This document shows, in pieces, positions 36,907 to 47,130 of a DNA stretch of 47,130 bases (the first letter of the stretch is position 1; the number at the start of each line of letters is the position of its first letter). The position numbers and the translations under genes were made by a program. The notes under the pieces are model-generated. The model did no database searches and had not been told where the DNA came from. It worked only from the letters and a program-made list of their open reading frames with translations. Origin of the DNA: Chiloscyllium plagiosum (lineage: Eukaryota); NCBI RefSeq assembly GCF_004010195.1, contig NC_057720.1, forward strand, positions 14,478,373-14,525,502, written 5' to 3'.

Positions 36907-37399
36907 CAATAAAGGAAAGCATACCAAACGCCTTCTTCACTATCCCTCTACCTGCAACTCTACTTTCAAGGAATTATGTTGATTGACTCTATGGATTCAT
37001 TTATTTAAAACAGATTCATGTAAAGCATAGCATAAGTTGTGAAGTACACATTACAGCAAAGAACAGATTTCAGAGTGTACAGTTTGCAAACCTGTAAAGA
37101 TAAACTGGGAGACAGAGTTACAACATTGTACACGTGTACGACATGGAATCATTAGAGGCAGGGTACACACGCAACAAAATATTCCATAGCTTCAGAACTC
37201 TTTGAAAAATGAAATCTCTCCTCATGTCCTTATCAGTGTGACTCAAGTTCTAGTTAGCCTCCAGTTAAATGTACTGCTCAAGTTAAACTTGTTATGTCGG
37301 CATCTGTTTTAAGATGATACTGTTTGAGGGAAGAATATTAGTCAAAATAATTACCATTTGTTACGATTGGACAATTTCCATAATATTGCAGGGCTAGGA

Positions 37400-37715
37400 T
37401 GGACAACTACACTCTCAAACTGCATAGCCTCAACATTGAATTTGCCTGTTTCCAAACCTCTCCTCCTCAAATCCCACCCCAGATCCAACTCAGCTCCATC
37501 CTCTTGACCTGTCCATCTTCCTTCCCAACTATCTGCTCCACAGTTCCCACTGACCTATCGTCATCCCACCTACCTTTCTCCAGCCCCACATCCTCTCCCC
37601 TTATTTACTTCTGAGTCCCCTTGCCCCTCCCAATTATGCTCAAAACGTCGACCCTGTTCTCCTCAGATGCTGCCTGACCTGCTGTGCTTTTTCCAGCACC
37701 ATGCTTTATCAACTA
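37400..37715 (+). mobile_element. Penelope 3' relic (family A-like)
   Basis: agcctcaacattgaattt (LNIEF), a pyrimidine-rich UTR, and aaaacgtcga...gatgctgcctgacctgctgtgc. Confidence 0.78.
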
Positions 37716-38059
37716 AAACCCTTGCTACCTAAATCTATCTACCACTTCCTATTGCAATTCATCAACAGAGGATAGTGTACAAACACTTTGGAGAAGAGAC
37801 TCCAATAATAAATAGCTTGCTGATAGCTGGGCTCAGACATGGACATGGGACATTTGACTGGGGTTGTGGAATGAAAGCAGTACCTGGGAAGATTCAGGAG
37901 AGCAGGAAATTAATTGTTAAAAAGATGAAGAATGCAAATGTTGGGCTTTGTTGGAATACTGTAAGAAATGTCAGCATGCAAACAAGATGATGCATTAAAA
38001 TGGAAAGTGATCGGAAACTTTGAATCAATCTTTTGAAGGGAGTGGGTATGTTTCATAAA

Positions 38060-38710
38060 GCAGTCACACAGTCTGCATTTGACCGCCTCTACACTGGTGA
38101 GACAAAATGCAGACGAGGTGGCTGCTTTGAGAAATACCTCCATTTTGTTTGGCAAAATGAACCATACCTACACTTGCCATTTTAATACATCTTGTTCTCA
38201 AGCTAACACTTCTGTCCTCGGCCTGCTGCAGTATTCCAGTGAAACCCAATACAAGTCAGAGGAAAAACACTTTATTTTCCATTGAGGCACTTTACAACCT
38301 TCAGGACACAACATTGAGTTCAACAACTTCAGACCATGAATTCTGTCCTTCACTTTCATTACCTGCCTCCCATCCAAACCAGAATCTCAACTGCTCTCAG
38401 TGGAGCTGCCCAATTTTCTGCTAATAACATCTCGCATTAAGACTTACTTCTCATCTATATCTCCTCTTCCATTAGCACTCTGCATTGGTTTAGCTTTGGA
38501 GCACCCATCTGTCCACTTATACTTCCTTCCCCTTTTCACTGCAGGATAAAACCCATCACATTGTCAGCTGCTTTCAGTTCCGAGGAAGGGTCATATTGGA
38601 CACAAAATATTAACTTTGTTTCTCTGTTCACAGACACAGCCAAAACTGCTGAGTTTCTCCAGAACTTTCTGTTTTCATTTAAGATTCCAGCACCTGCAGT
38701 ACTGTTCTAT
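38060..38710 (+). mobile_element. Penelope 3' relic (family C) with GIY-YIG remnant
   Basis: LYTGETKCR, CHFN...SVLGLLQYSSETQYKSEEKHFIFH*GTLQPSGHNIEFNNFRP*. Degenerate hammerhead at 38576-38615. Confidence 0.85.
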
Positions 38711-39179
38711 TTTAGTATTAAATGAATCTGTTTTGTTTCATTAAAGACTCGTTTAACACTGCAGCACAAAATGTTTTAATTTATGGTCAGGAGCACCAAG
38801 AGCCAGGAATCAAAAACAAATACAATGTCTGACTTGCTGTCACAAAGTGGGGCAGAAGTACAAATTTTAAATTGTTGAAGAAACAAACACAGTCATACAT
38901 TAGAAATGCACCAGAAATGCCAACCTTAACGCCAATTTTGTCAGTTACATTTCCAAGTGGCATAATCTACAAATGGCTACATCTTAAAAAGCAAGTCATC
39001 CTTGTATTTGATTCAATGATATAGTGTATTATTGGATCATTATTTGTCATTTTGTGTTTAGTTCATAGATAATGATGGTATGAAATCTCAGCTCAATGCT
39101 GGCCACTAGTTCTGAGATTTCTGTCCTGCTCTGGTCCTAATCACCAAAATTATGTCAGCCCTCCAATCTGGTATTGAGA

Positions 39180-39380
39180 ACATACAGATATTAAGTCAAG
39201 GTCCTGCCTGTCTGTTCCAATAGTCACCTGAGCAGATTGAAAAGATCTGATGGCACAACTTAAAAGGGAATAGGAAGTCACCTCGGTTAACATTCCTCGA
39301 TGACATTACCAATAAACAGATCCATTGGTTATCCATTCAATAGCTGTTTTTGGAGTGCTGCTCGCAAAATGTACTGATTT
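39180..39380 (+). mobile_element. DeuSINE (SacSINE1/AmnSINE1-like) core relic
   Basis: gatattaagtcaaggtcctgcctg..aaaagatctgatggcac..aaacagatccattggttatc..gctgtttttggag..tgctcgcaaaatg follows the Deu-domain motif order (recognition by eye). Confidence 0.55.
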
Positions 39381-39391
39381 TATTTAACTGC

Positions 39392-39596
39392 TGAAATAAC
39401 TGCACAGAGGCCGATATCCACATGTGCACATGGACTCTAACCAGCCAGCTCAGAGCCAGTTCCTAGAATGATAAGACTCTCTGAATCTCCAGGATATATC
39501 TGTCAGCCAGGGCTCCCTGATTGACCCAGATTAACAACCCCAATCAAGGATCTCTTGGTCAATGAGATCCACATGGCTGTCATTTCAATCACCGCA
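39392..39596 (-). mobile_element. 3' LTR of the Gypsy element (205 bp)
   Basis: Minus strand TGCGGTGATT...GTTATTTCA, preceded by GGCAGAGGGA (PPT). Homologous to 19297-20015. Confidence 0.85.
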
Positions 39597-39948
39597 TCCC
39601 TCTGCCCTATGTCCGTGTATGTAGGCCTATTCTTTCTCTTGTAGCTTCTCCTGGGACATTTTTTCCCCAGGTCTAATTCTTCTGACTCTGACTTGGACAC
39701 GGGCAGCTTGTACTAACTATAGTCCATCTCTTGCATTTGGAGCATCTCCAGAGGGTTTTCTCCTCTTCTTCAGGTGGTAACCATATCAAGGCTGTATCCA
39801 TCTTGGACTCTGAGGCTTCTTTGATGTTTCTGGCAGCCTTTCTGGCTGTTCTGAGGGGCCAGATGTGTTTTGCTCCTGCCCTGTTTACAAGGTAGCAGCT
39901 TTCACGTGATCCACATGATTGTTCAGAACTGCCTCATCTACCTGTATG

Positions 39949-40378
39949 TCATAGAATCACAGAGATGTACAGCACGGAAACAGACCCTTCAGTCCAACTC
40001 ATCCATGCCGACCAGATATCCCAACCCAATCTAGTCACACCTGCCTGCAGCTGGTACATATCCCTCCAAACCCATCCAAATGCCTTTTAAATGTTGCAAT
40101 TGTACCAGCCTCCACCACTTCCTCTGGCAGCTCATTCCACACACGTACCACCCTCTGCGTGAAAAAGTTGCCCCTTAGGTCTCTTTTATATCTTTCCCCT
40201 CTCATCCTAAACCTATGCCCTCTAGTTCTGGACTACCCCACTCCAGGAAAAAGACTTGATCTATTTATCCTAGCCATGCCCCTCATGATTTTAATAACCT
40301 CTATAAGGTCAGCCCTCAGCCTCCGATGCTCCAGGAAAAATAGCCCCAGTCTGTTCAGCCTTTCCCGATAGCTCAAGT
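39949..40378 (-). mobile_element. CR1 (HER1-like) 3' end inserted in Gypsy
   Basis: Near-identical to the 3' ends at 8809, 21467, 28132 and 36047. Confidence 0.93.
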
Positions 40379-41465
40379 CAAAGGACCTGACCTTGCATCG
40401 AGCTTATCTCGTACCCATGAGGGCCATTTCTGTGGTTTCAACACCAAACTTCATCCCCTCAAGTAAATTGTCTTGTCTTACAAAGAGGCATGTGACTGGT
40501 ATTGGTGATCCTGCTGTCATTTTACCCCACCCCCAGGTCCAGTGATATCAGGTGCAGAGTCTTCTTCCCATCAGTAACTCTGCTGGGGCTACCCCTAAAG
40601 TTGCTTGAAGTGTGGTGCTACAATCGAACAGGAACTGGGACAGTTTGGCATTGAGTGAAGCTGTAAGCTGTTTCTTTCAGCCTGCCTTCAACATTGAGAC
40701 TGCTCTTTCCATCAGACCATTGGAAGATGGATGAGGTTGATCCGTCCAAACATGCCAAATGCCATTTCACTTTAGAAACACTCAAAACTCCTGCTGGTAA
40801 ATGATGTCCAATTGGCCATGACTAATACTTCCAGGAGTCCGTGTATTGAGAACTATGTTCATAGCTTTTCAATCATCATCATCCCTGAGTTTACTGAATG
40901 AACTCTATGCATATCCAATCACTTTGAATGGGCATCCACAATGATCATAAATAATCAGCTCATGATAGGACCAGCATAGTTGATATGTAACTGAGTCTAG
41001 GGTTTACCCAGCCATTCCCACGAATGTGGGGTCGCTGCTGGCAGTAATTTTTGTCGTTGTTGGCACTCTGGATGTTGCCCCTCCAACACAGCTGTGTCGG
41101 CACCCAATCTAACTATGACTTCTATAGCTATATAACTTCTCACCAACAGCTATAACTTCTTGCCAACATTTTCATTTTGGAAACCCTTCGATGACCTTGG
41201 TGGAGTTCAGCCAGTACTTGGTGATGACTTTTACACGGATCAATCATTTTTGTTGCTCATGGTAATATGGCATTCTCTCCAGTGATCTGGTTTCACTGGG
41301 TCCAGATACGTATCAATCCTGTTTGTGATAGCCCTTTGACATCCCCCATCACCACTGGCTGTTTTAGTTTTGCCAGGATGGGATCATTTTGTGTCCACAG
41401 TCGGATATTGTCATGGTGACTGGAAGGGTGACCAGAAAGTTTAAAATCAAACGGACTCTTCCAGG

Positions 41466-42159
41466 TTTTATGGACCGAGCCTGACCCCTCAAAACATTTT
41501 CAACCTGGTAGCCCAGACCATAACTTTGCTAGTTGTTTTAGGTAAGTGTATAGTGGATATTCCCAGAGTGAATTAGGTGGACTGGCTGCCAAGTTTTAAA
41601 CAAACAAAATTTATTTACAAAATTACAAAATCAAACACAAATTACAGAAAATAGAATACCAAATACTTAACCCATCCAAAAACGCCAACAGACTATCCTG
41701 ACTTAAGATTCTGGATTAGTGGTGCTGGAAGAGCACAGCAATTCAGGCAGCATCCGAGGACAGGTTACCCTTATCCTGACTTAAGATGCTGTTCCAAGAA
41801 TACTTGTAACAATCCCAATACACACATCCCTTAGCACAAAGAGTAAAAATGATACAAACAGCTTACAGGTTACAAAGTCACAAGAGAGATTTCAACAGCC
41901 TTTTACACACATCCCTGCTGCAACCAACTCTATTCTAAACAAAGGTTAGCTACATAGCTAGCTGGCCACTCCCCTTTGATTGTACCGGTTTTTTAAAGAG
42001 GTAGAAGCCTTAGGCTGGAGGCATTAGCTGTTAGGGGTAAACAAAAAGCCTCCCAATAAATCTTTCAAACCCAGCCTAGTTGGAGCCTGACCAATTACCC
42101 CTTCTCTGAAAAAAAACTCAAGGGTACAGTAACCTTGTAAAATAGTCAGTATTGTGACA
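41466..42159. mobile_element. Solo LTR (694 bp) with 4-bp TSD, inserted in Gypsy pol
   Basis: CAGG at 41462-41465 and 42160-42163. Ends in GTGACA and starts TTTTATG (likely mutated TGTTATG). Excision restores the pol peptide TPPVVPP|LEES. Confidence 0.85.
41710..41771 (-). mobile_element. 62-bp Penelope terminal insertion with 16-bp TSD
   Basis: tatcctgacttaagat at 41694-41709 and 41772-41787 flanks gtggtgctggaagagcacagcaattcaggcagcatccgagga (family A terminus). Confidence 0.88.
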
Positions 42160-42429
42160 CAGGGGAGGCACCACTGGTGGTGTATCAGCTAGTTGGAGGC
42201 AGCTCAAGCCATCTGCATTTGTTACTTGGCCTCCTGGATGGTGCTCCAACTTGTAATTGTACACATTGAGAATAAGGGCCCACCGCTGAATTCAACCTGA
42301 AGCAATGAACGGCATGGCTTTGTCTTCTTTAAGTAGTCCCAGCAGGGATTTATAGTCTGTTACTATTACTAATTTATATCCATAAAGGTATTGTTGGAAC
42401 TTTCTCACATCAAAGATGTCCTCCAAACC

Positions 42430-45400
42430 TTTTTTTTATAGGTATTTTTATTGAAAGAAAAAAGAGATTTTTTTAACATTTTTTACAAAATTACAAAGTA
42501 ATACAAATATAAATATTAATATACAATTAAATATGTATATAAAAGAAATAAATAATAACCATAACACAACAAAAGAAAAAAAAGAGAAAAAATCTCAGTT
42601 AGCTCCTAATCTATCCTACAAACAACCAAAGCATAAAATAAGATATCTTACATTACTAGTAAGAAATAACGTAATAATTAAATAATTAAGTATGTACTCA
42701 AAATGGATTAACATAAGTCATAATAAAAGCAGTATTTATATAGGATTTCACCTCCGGTGGGGGGGTGCCGCAGCCTGGACCAGCCAGAACCACTACCACA
42801 GCCAGACAAAAGCCCTTGACAATATGGCTGAAACATCTGTGTCCATATAGTTCAGAAAGGGCTGCCATATTTTATAGAATTTTTCAGATTTTTGATGCAC
42901 CATATTTGTGAGGAAGTCAAGGGGGATATATTCCATGATTAACCTATGCCAGTTCAAAAGTCCTGGAGGGCCCTCAGCAACCCAATTCACTAAGATATTT
43001 TTCCTTGCACAGAAAGAGAGAATGGAGAATAGTTTTCTCCCGTGCACATCCAGGGAGGGCAGATTTGAAAAGCCCAGGAGAAAGAGACACTGGAACCAAT
43101 CCAATGTCCATTCCCAAGATTTCTGTCAGACCATTTGCTACTCTTGTATTGCGGATCTTGTGACATGTCCATAAATAGTGCATGAGAGTGCCCACTTCTA
43201 TTTTACATTTTGGACACATTGGGGATGTTCCTACCCTAAATTTTGCCAGTCATTCCGGTGCTATATGAGCCCTACGGAGTATTTTTAATTGAATAGCTTG
43301 AGTTCTATTACAAATAAAGACCTTTCTGGCATTTTCCCAGATGTCCTCCTACATTTCTGAAGGGATTTTAAACCCCAATTCCTGGTTCCATGTTTTAAAC
43401 AGTCGTTCCGTGTCTTTTGATACCTCGCTATGTAATGAGTGATAGAGTACTGACTGAGGGTGGACCCATTGGCCATAGCACTCTTCTCTCCCTATCCGAT
43501 TTGTAGGGACTGTCTAATAATGTGGTCTTCTTCTGTAAATAATCTCGTGTTTGGAAATACTGAAAAAGGTCTCCATTAGGCAGTCCAAACATCTGGTGCA
43601 GCTGCTCAAAAGATATCATGACCTCCCCATCGAACAGCTCCCCTAAGCAAGGGACACCTCTGGATCCCCAGGTTTTAAATATAGCATCTGTCTGCCCCGG
43701 CTGAAAACCCCATGGTCCCACTCTTGGAATATAAGGAGAGGTTTTTTTTGTAAATTACCCTCATTTGCTGCATTATCCTCCAGGCTTTAATTGTATTTAA
43801 TACAATAGGGTTTTTACAATACGCTATAATAGCTCTCATCTTATCTAAAAATAAAAGATTGATAATGGGACACTTTGCTTTGGAGGTCTCGATGTCTAAC
43901 CAAATTGATTGTGGGTCCCAATCAGCTACATAGCCTAATAGAGAACTCAACTATTACCTCCTAAAGTCTGGAAAATCCAGTCCTCCCCTTGCTTGTGGAA
44001 GCCGCAGCTTCTCTAATTTGATAAAGCGCCGTTTATCATTCCAAATAAAGGAACCAAGCCAGCCGTGTAGTTTATGTAACGTCAGTCTCGGCAACATCAA
44101 AGGGAGCATTCTCATAGGATATAAGAGACGAAGCAGAATATTCATTTTAACTAGAGCTACTCTGCCGAACCAGGATATTGGGACATCCCCCAGCATTGAA
44201 GGTCCTGCCTTATTTTCTCTAGTAGGTGCATAAATTGGCTTTATGCAGCTGACCAGTACTGAGGTGATAAAAATACCTAAGTATAGAAAACCCTCCAGTG
44301 ACCACCGAAAGGGAAAGCAAGATCCGTCCGATAAATTGGGTATACTAGCGAGACCACCCAACAGAATAGCCTCCAATTTCATAAAACTGATTTTGTAGCC
44401 TGAGAACATACTAAATAGATTAATTACTTGAATTAAGTGGGGTACGGATATCAAAGGATTACTTAAGAACAGGAGGACATCATCTGCATAAAGAGTGATT
44501 TTATGTTTACCCGAACCAACTCTCAGAGCCACTATGTTAGAGTCGGTTTGTGTAGCTCCTGCTAGTGGTTCAATTATTAGCGTGAATAAAAGCGGTAAGA
44601 GAGGACACACCTGACGACAGCCCTACCCACGCTGAAGCTATCCGAACCTAAACTATTGGTAATCATGGCTGCTTTGGGGTCATTTTATAATATTGTGACG
44701 CATTTAGAAAATACCTCTCCAACACCAAACCTTTCCAGTGTGTAAAAAAGATATGACTATTCAACCGGGTCAAATGTCTTCTCTGCATCCAAGGAGACAA
44801 CTATCCCCGGTATTCTTTCCTGTTGACAGGCTTGTATCATATTTAAGACCCTTCTAATGTTGTTAGATGATCTACAGCCCTTGATAAACCCTGTCTGGTC
44901 TTCTTTTATGATATATGGCAAAACCCTCTCCAATCTTAATGCTAATACTTTAGAAAGGATTTTAAAGCCTACATTTAGCAAGAGTATTGGTCTGTATGAT
45001 GAGCAATCTTCTGGGGCCTTTCCTTTTTGAAGAATGAGAGAGATATTTGCTTTTCTCAACAAAGGTGGGAGGCAGCCTGACTATGTGAGTAATTATACAT
45101 GTCTATAAGTGGACCAGCCAGTTCCCCTACGAATTCTTTATAAAATTCAACCTGGACTCCATCCGGTCCAGGTGCTTTGCCACTCTGAAGCTGTCTAATT
45201 GAGTCGAGTACTTCCTGGGTTACCAGGGGAGCATTCAGGATCGACACCTGCTCAGAGGTTAAATCCGGAAAGGCCAAGTTTATAAAGAAGGACTCCATCT
45301 TCTTAGTTCTATCCTCACAATTCTGCAATTTATACAGTTCAAAATAGAACTTTCTAAAGGCTGTATTGGTCCTTTTAGGATCACAAGTCAGAGTACCAGC

Positions 45401-46037
45401 ACTTTCACTAATGGACGCGATAGCTTGAGGGGCCTTTTTTTTCCTAGCAAGATAATATGGAATTCAAAAGGGTCAAGGGAGCAAAAAACATATCGATTCT
45501 AGTATGATACTTGTGTGGGTTAGAGTAAAAAGTAAAGTCTCTGCCCTGGGCTGAAGACACCTCCACACATCTACTAGCCCGAGCTCCTTATTCAGATCCG
45601 CCAGTTGTCTGGATCTAAGAGATATACCCATAGTACTATTGGGTATCCTATCTGTCTCTGAGTCCATAATACAATTAAAATCTTCTCCTATAATTGTATG
45701 GGGGGCCCCAAAAGCTATCAACTTGGAGAACGCTTCTGTTACAAATTTGAAGGGGTGTGCCAGGGGGCAATAAAGATTCAAAATCCCATACTCCTCTCCA
45801 TTTATTAGGGCTTTGATCAGTATATACCGTCCAGATTCATCTTTTATCTGGCTTAAGATTTTAAAAGTAAGATTCTTCCAAATGAGAATGACTCCTCCCC
45901 TACTTTTTGAGCTAAAAGATGAGAAAAGGCCTGGTCACATCCACCCTGTTGTAATTTTAAGTGCTCTCTGTCAAGTAGATGTGGCTCCTGTAAAAGAGCT
46001 ATATCAACCCTTTCTTTTATAAGGTTTGATAGTATCT
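42430..46037 (-). mobile_element. L1-clade LINE ORF2 (EN, RT, CCHC), 3' UTR and poly(A), disrupted
   Basis: EN: IALLQEPHL, NLYCP, IIGEDFNC, LVDVWR. RT: GKAPGPDG, YRPILLLN..FKILSKVLA.RL, DQTGFIKG, LDAEKTFD, CPLLPLLF, LYADDVLLFL. Zn knuckle: CPKC..EVGTLMHYLWTC. AATAAA at 42447-42452 and A8 at 42430-42437. Confidence 0.95.
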
Positions 46038-47130
46038 TAGAACATAGAACATAGAACAATACAGCACAGAACAGGCCCTTCGGCCCACGATGTTGTGCCG
46101 AACATTTGTCCTAGCTTAAGCACCCATCCATGTACCTATCCAATTGCCGCTTAAAGGTCACCAATGATTCTGACTCTACCACTCCCACAGGCAGCGCATT
46201 CCATGCCCCCACCACTCTCTGGGTAAAGAACCCACCCCTGACATCTCCCCTATACCTTCCACCCTTCACCTTAAATTTATGTCCCCTTGTAACACTCTGT
46301 TGTACCCAGGGAAAAAGTTTCTGACTGTCTACTCTATCTATTCCTCTGATCATCTTATAAACCTCGATCAAGTCACCCCTCATCCTTCGCCGTTCCAACG
46401 AGAAAAGGCCGAGAACTCTCAACCGATCCTCGTACGACTTCCTCTCCATTCCAGGCAACATCCTGGTAAATCTTCTCTGCACCCCCTCCAAAGCTTCCAC
46501 ATCTTTCCTAAAGTGAGGCGACCAGAACTCCACACAGTACTCCAAATGTGGCCTAACCAAAGTCCTGTACAGCTGCAACATCACTTCACGACTCTTGAAT
46601 TCAATCCCTCTGCTAATGAACGATAATACTCCATAGGCCTTCTTACAAACTCTATCCACCTGAGTGGCAACCTTCAAAGATCTATGTACATAGACACCAA
46701 GATCCCTCTGTTCCTCCACCTGACTAAGAACCCTAACGTTAACCCTGTATTCCGCATTCTTATTTGTATTTCCAAAATGGACAACCTCACACTTGGCAGG
46801 GTTGAACCCCATCTGCCACTCCTCAGCCCAGCTCTGCATCATATCTAAGTCCCTCTGCAGCCGACAACAGCCCTCCTCACTGTCCACAACTCCACCTATC
46901 TTCGTATCATCTGCAAAATTACTGACACACCCTTCGACTCCCTCATCTAAGTCATTAATAAAAATTACAAACAGCAGAGGACCCAGAACTGATCCCTGCG
47001 GAACTCCACTTGTAACTGGGCTCCAGGCTGAATATTTACCATCTACCACCACTCTCTGCCTTCGACCGGTTAGCCAGTTTTCTATCCAATTGGCCAAATT
47101 TCCCTCTATCCCATGCCTCCTGACTTCCCG
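46038..47130 (-). mobile_element. Young CR1 LINE inserted in the L1 endonuclease region
   Basis: (TTCTATG)n-type tail at 46038-46058 and an uninterrupted ORF2. Confidence 0.97.
46111..47130 (-). CDS. CR1 ORF2 reverse transcriptase, C-terminal part (open to the window edge)
   Basis: Stop-free for 328 aa plus 11 further codons to the edge: SGVPQGSVLGPLLFVIFINDLD...FADDTK...LYRTLVRPHLEYC. Confidence 0.9.
   Translation of the reverse strand, partial: REVRRHGIEGNLANWIENWLTGRRQRVVVDGKYSAWSPVTSGVPQGSVLGPLLFVIFINDLDEGVEGCVSNFADDTKIGGVVDSEEGCCRLQRDLDMMQSWAEEWQMGFNPAKCEVVHFGNTNKNAEYRVNVRVLSQVEEQRDLGVYVHRSLKVATQVDRVCKKAYGVLSFISRGIEFKSREVMLQLYRTLVRPHLEYCVEFWSPHFRKDVEALEGVQRRFTRMLPGMERKSYEDRLRVLGLFSLERRRMRGDLIEVYKMIRGIDRVDSQKLFPWVQQSVTRGHKFKVKGGRYRGDVRGGFFTQRVVGAWNALPVGVVESESLVTFKRQLDRYMDGCLS

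Larger units (their letters stand above)
36047..36978 (-). mobile_element. CR1 (HER1-like) 3' part split by a Penelope fold-back
   Basis: GESRTRGHRFRVR...FTQRVVCVWNEL. Tail gagtcatagagtcatagag. Confidence 0.93.
39392..42429 (-). mobile_element. Gypsy/Ty3 LTR retrotransposon, 3' half (RNase H, integrase, PPT, 3' LTR), degenerate
   Basis: RNase H: KFQQYLYG.KLVIVTDYKSLLGLL...IQRWALIL..YNYKLEHHPG.....ADGLS (42160-42428). Integrase: HPSSNGLMERAV...LSQFLF...APAELLMGRRL (about 40555-40735). Purine tract at 39597-39606 abuts the LTR. Confidence 0.93.

Overview
Eukaryotic, repeat-dominated vertebrate DNA. The repeat complement (tRNA-headed V-SINE/HE1-type SINEs sharing tails with CR1/HER1-type LINEs, a Deu-domain SINE, Rex1/Babar, Penelope) points to a cartilaginous fish, probably a shark (inference). 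I cannot support any host protein-coding exon. The window is mostly nested retroelement debris: many CR1 fragments, one L1, one Rex1, one RTE relic, a Gypsy element, two solo LTRs with 4-bp TSDs, a Harbinger/HARBI1-like transposase relic, a 26-bp minisatellite of about 70 units and a 437-N gap. The most interesting signal is a set of Penelope-derived termini from three sequence families. They carry minimal type-I hammerhead ribozyme motifs whose stems I, II and III co-vary between families. Several occur as 60-250 bp TSD-flanked insertions, and two form 75-82 bp fold-backs. Also notable are a ~165-bp hairpin-ended module found twice just after an LTR TATA box and a possible VNTR-carrying non-autonomous retroelement with a Rex1-like tail. 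Family names come from motif recognition by eye, and boundaries without TSDs are approximate.
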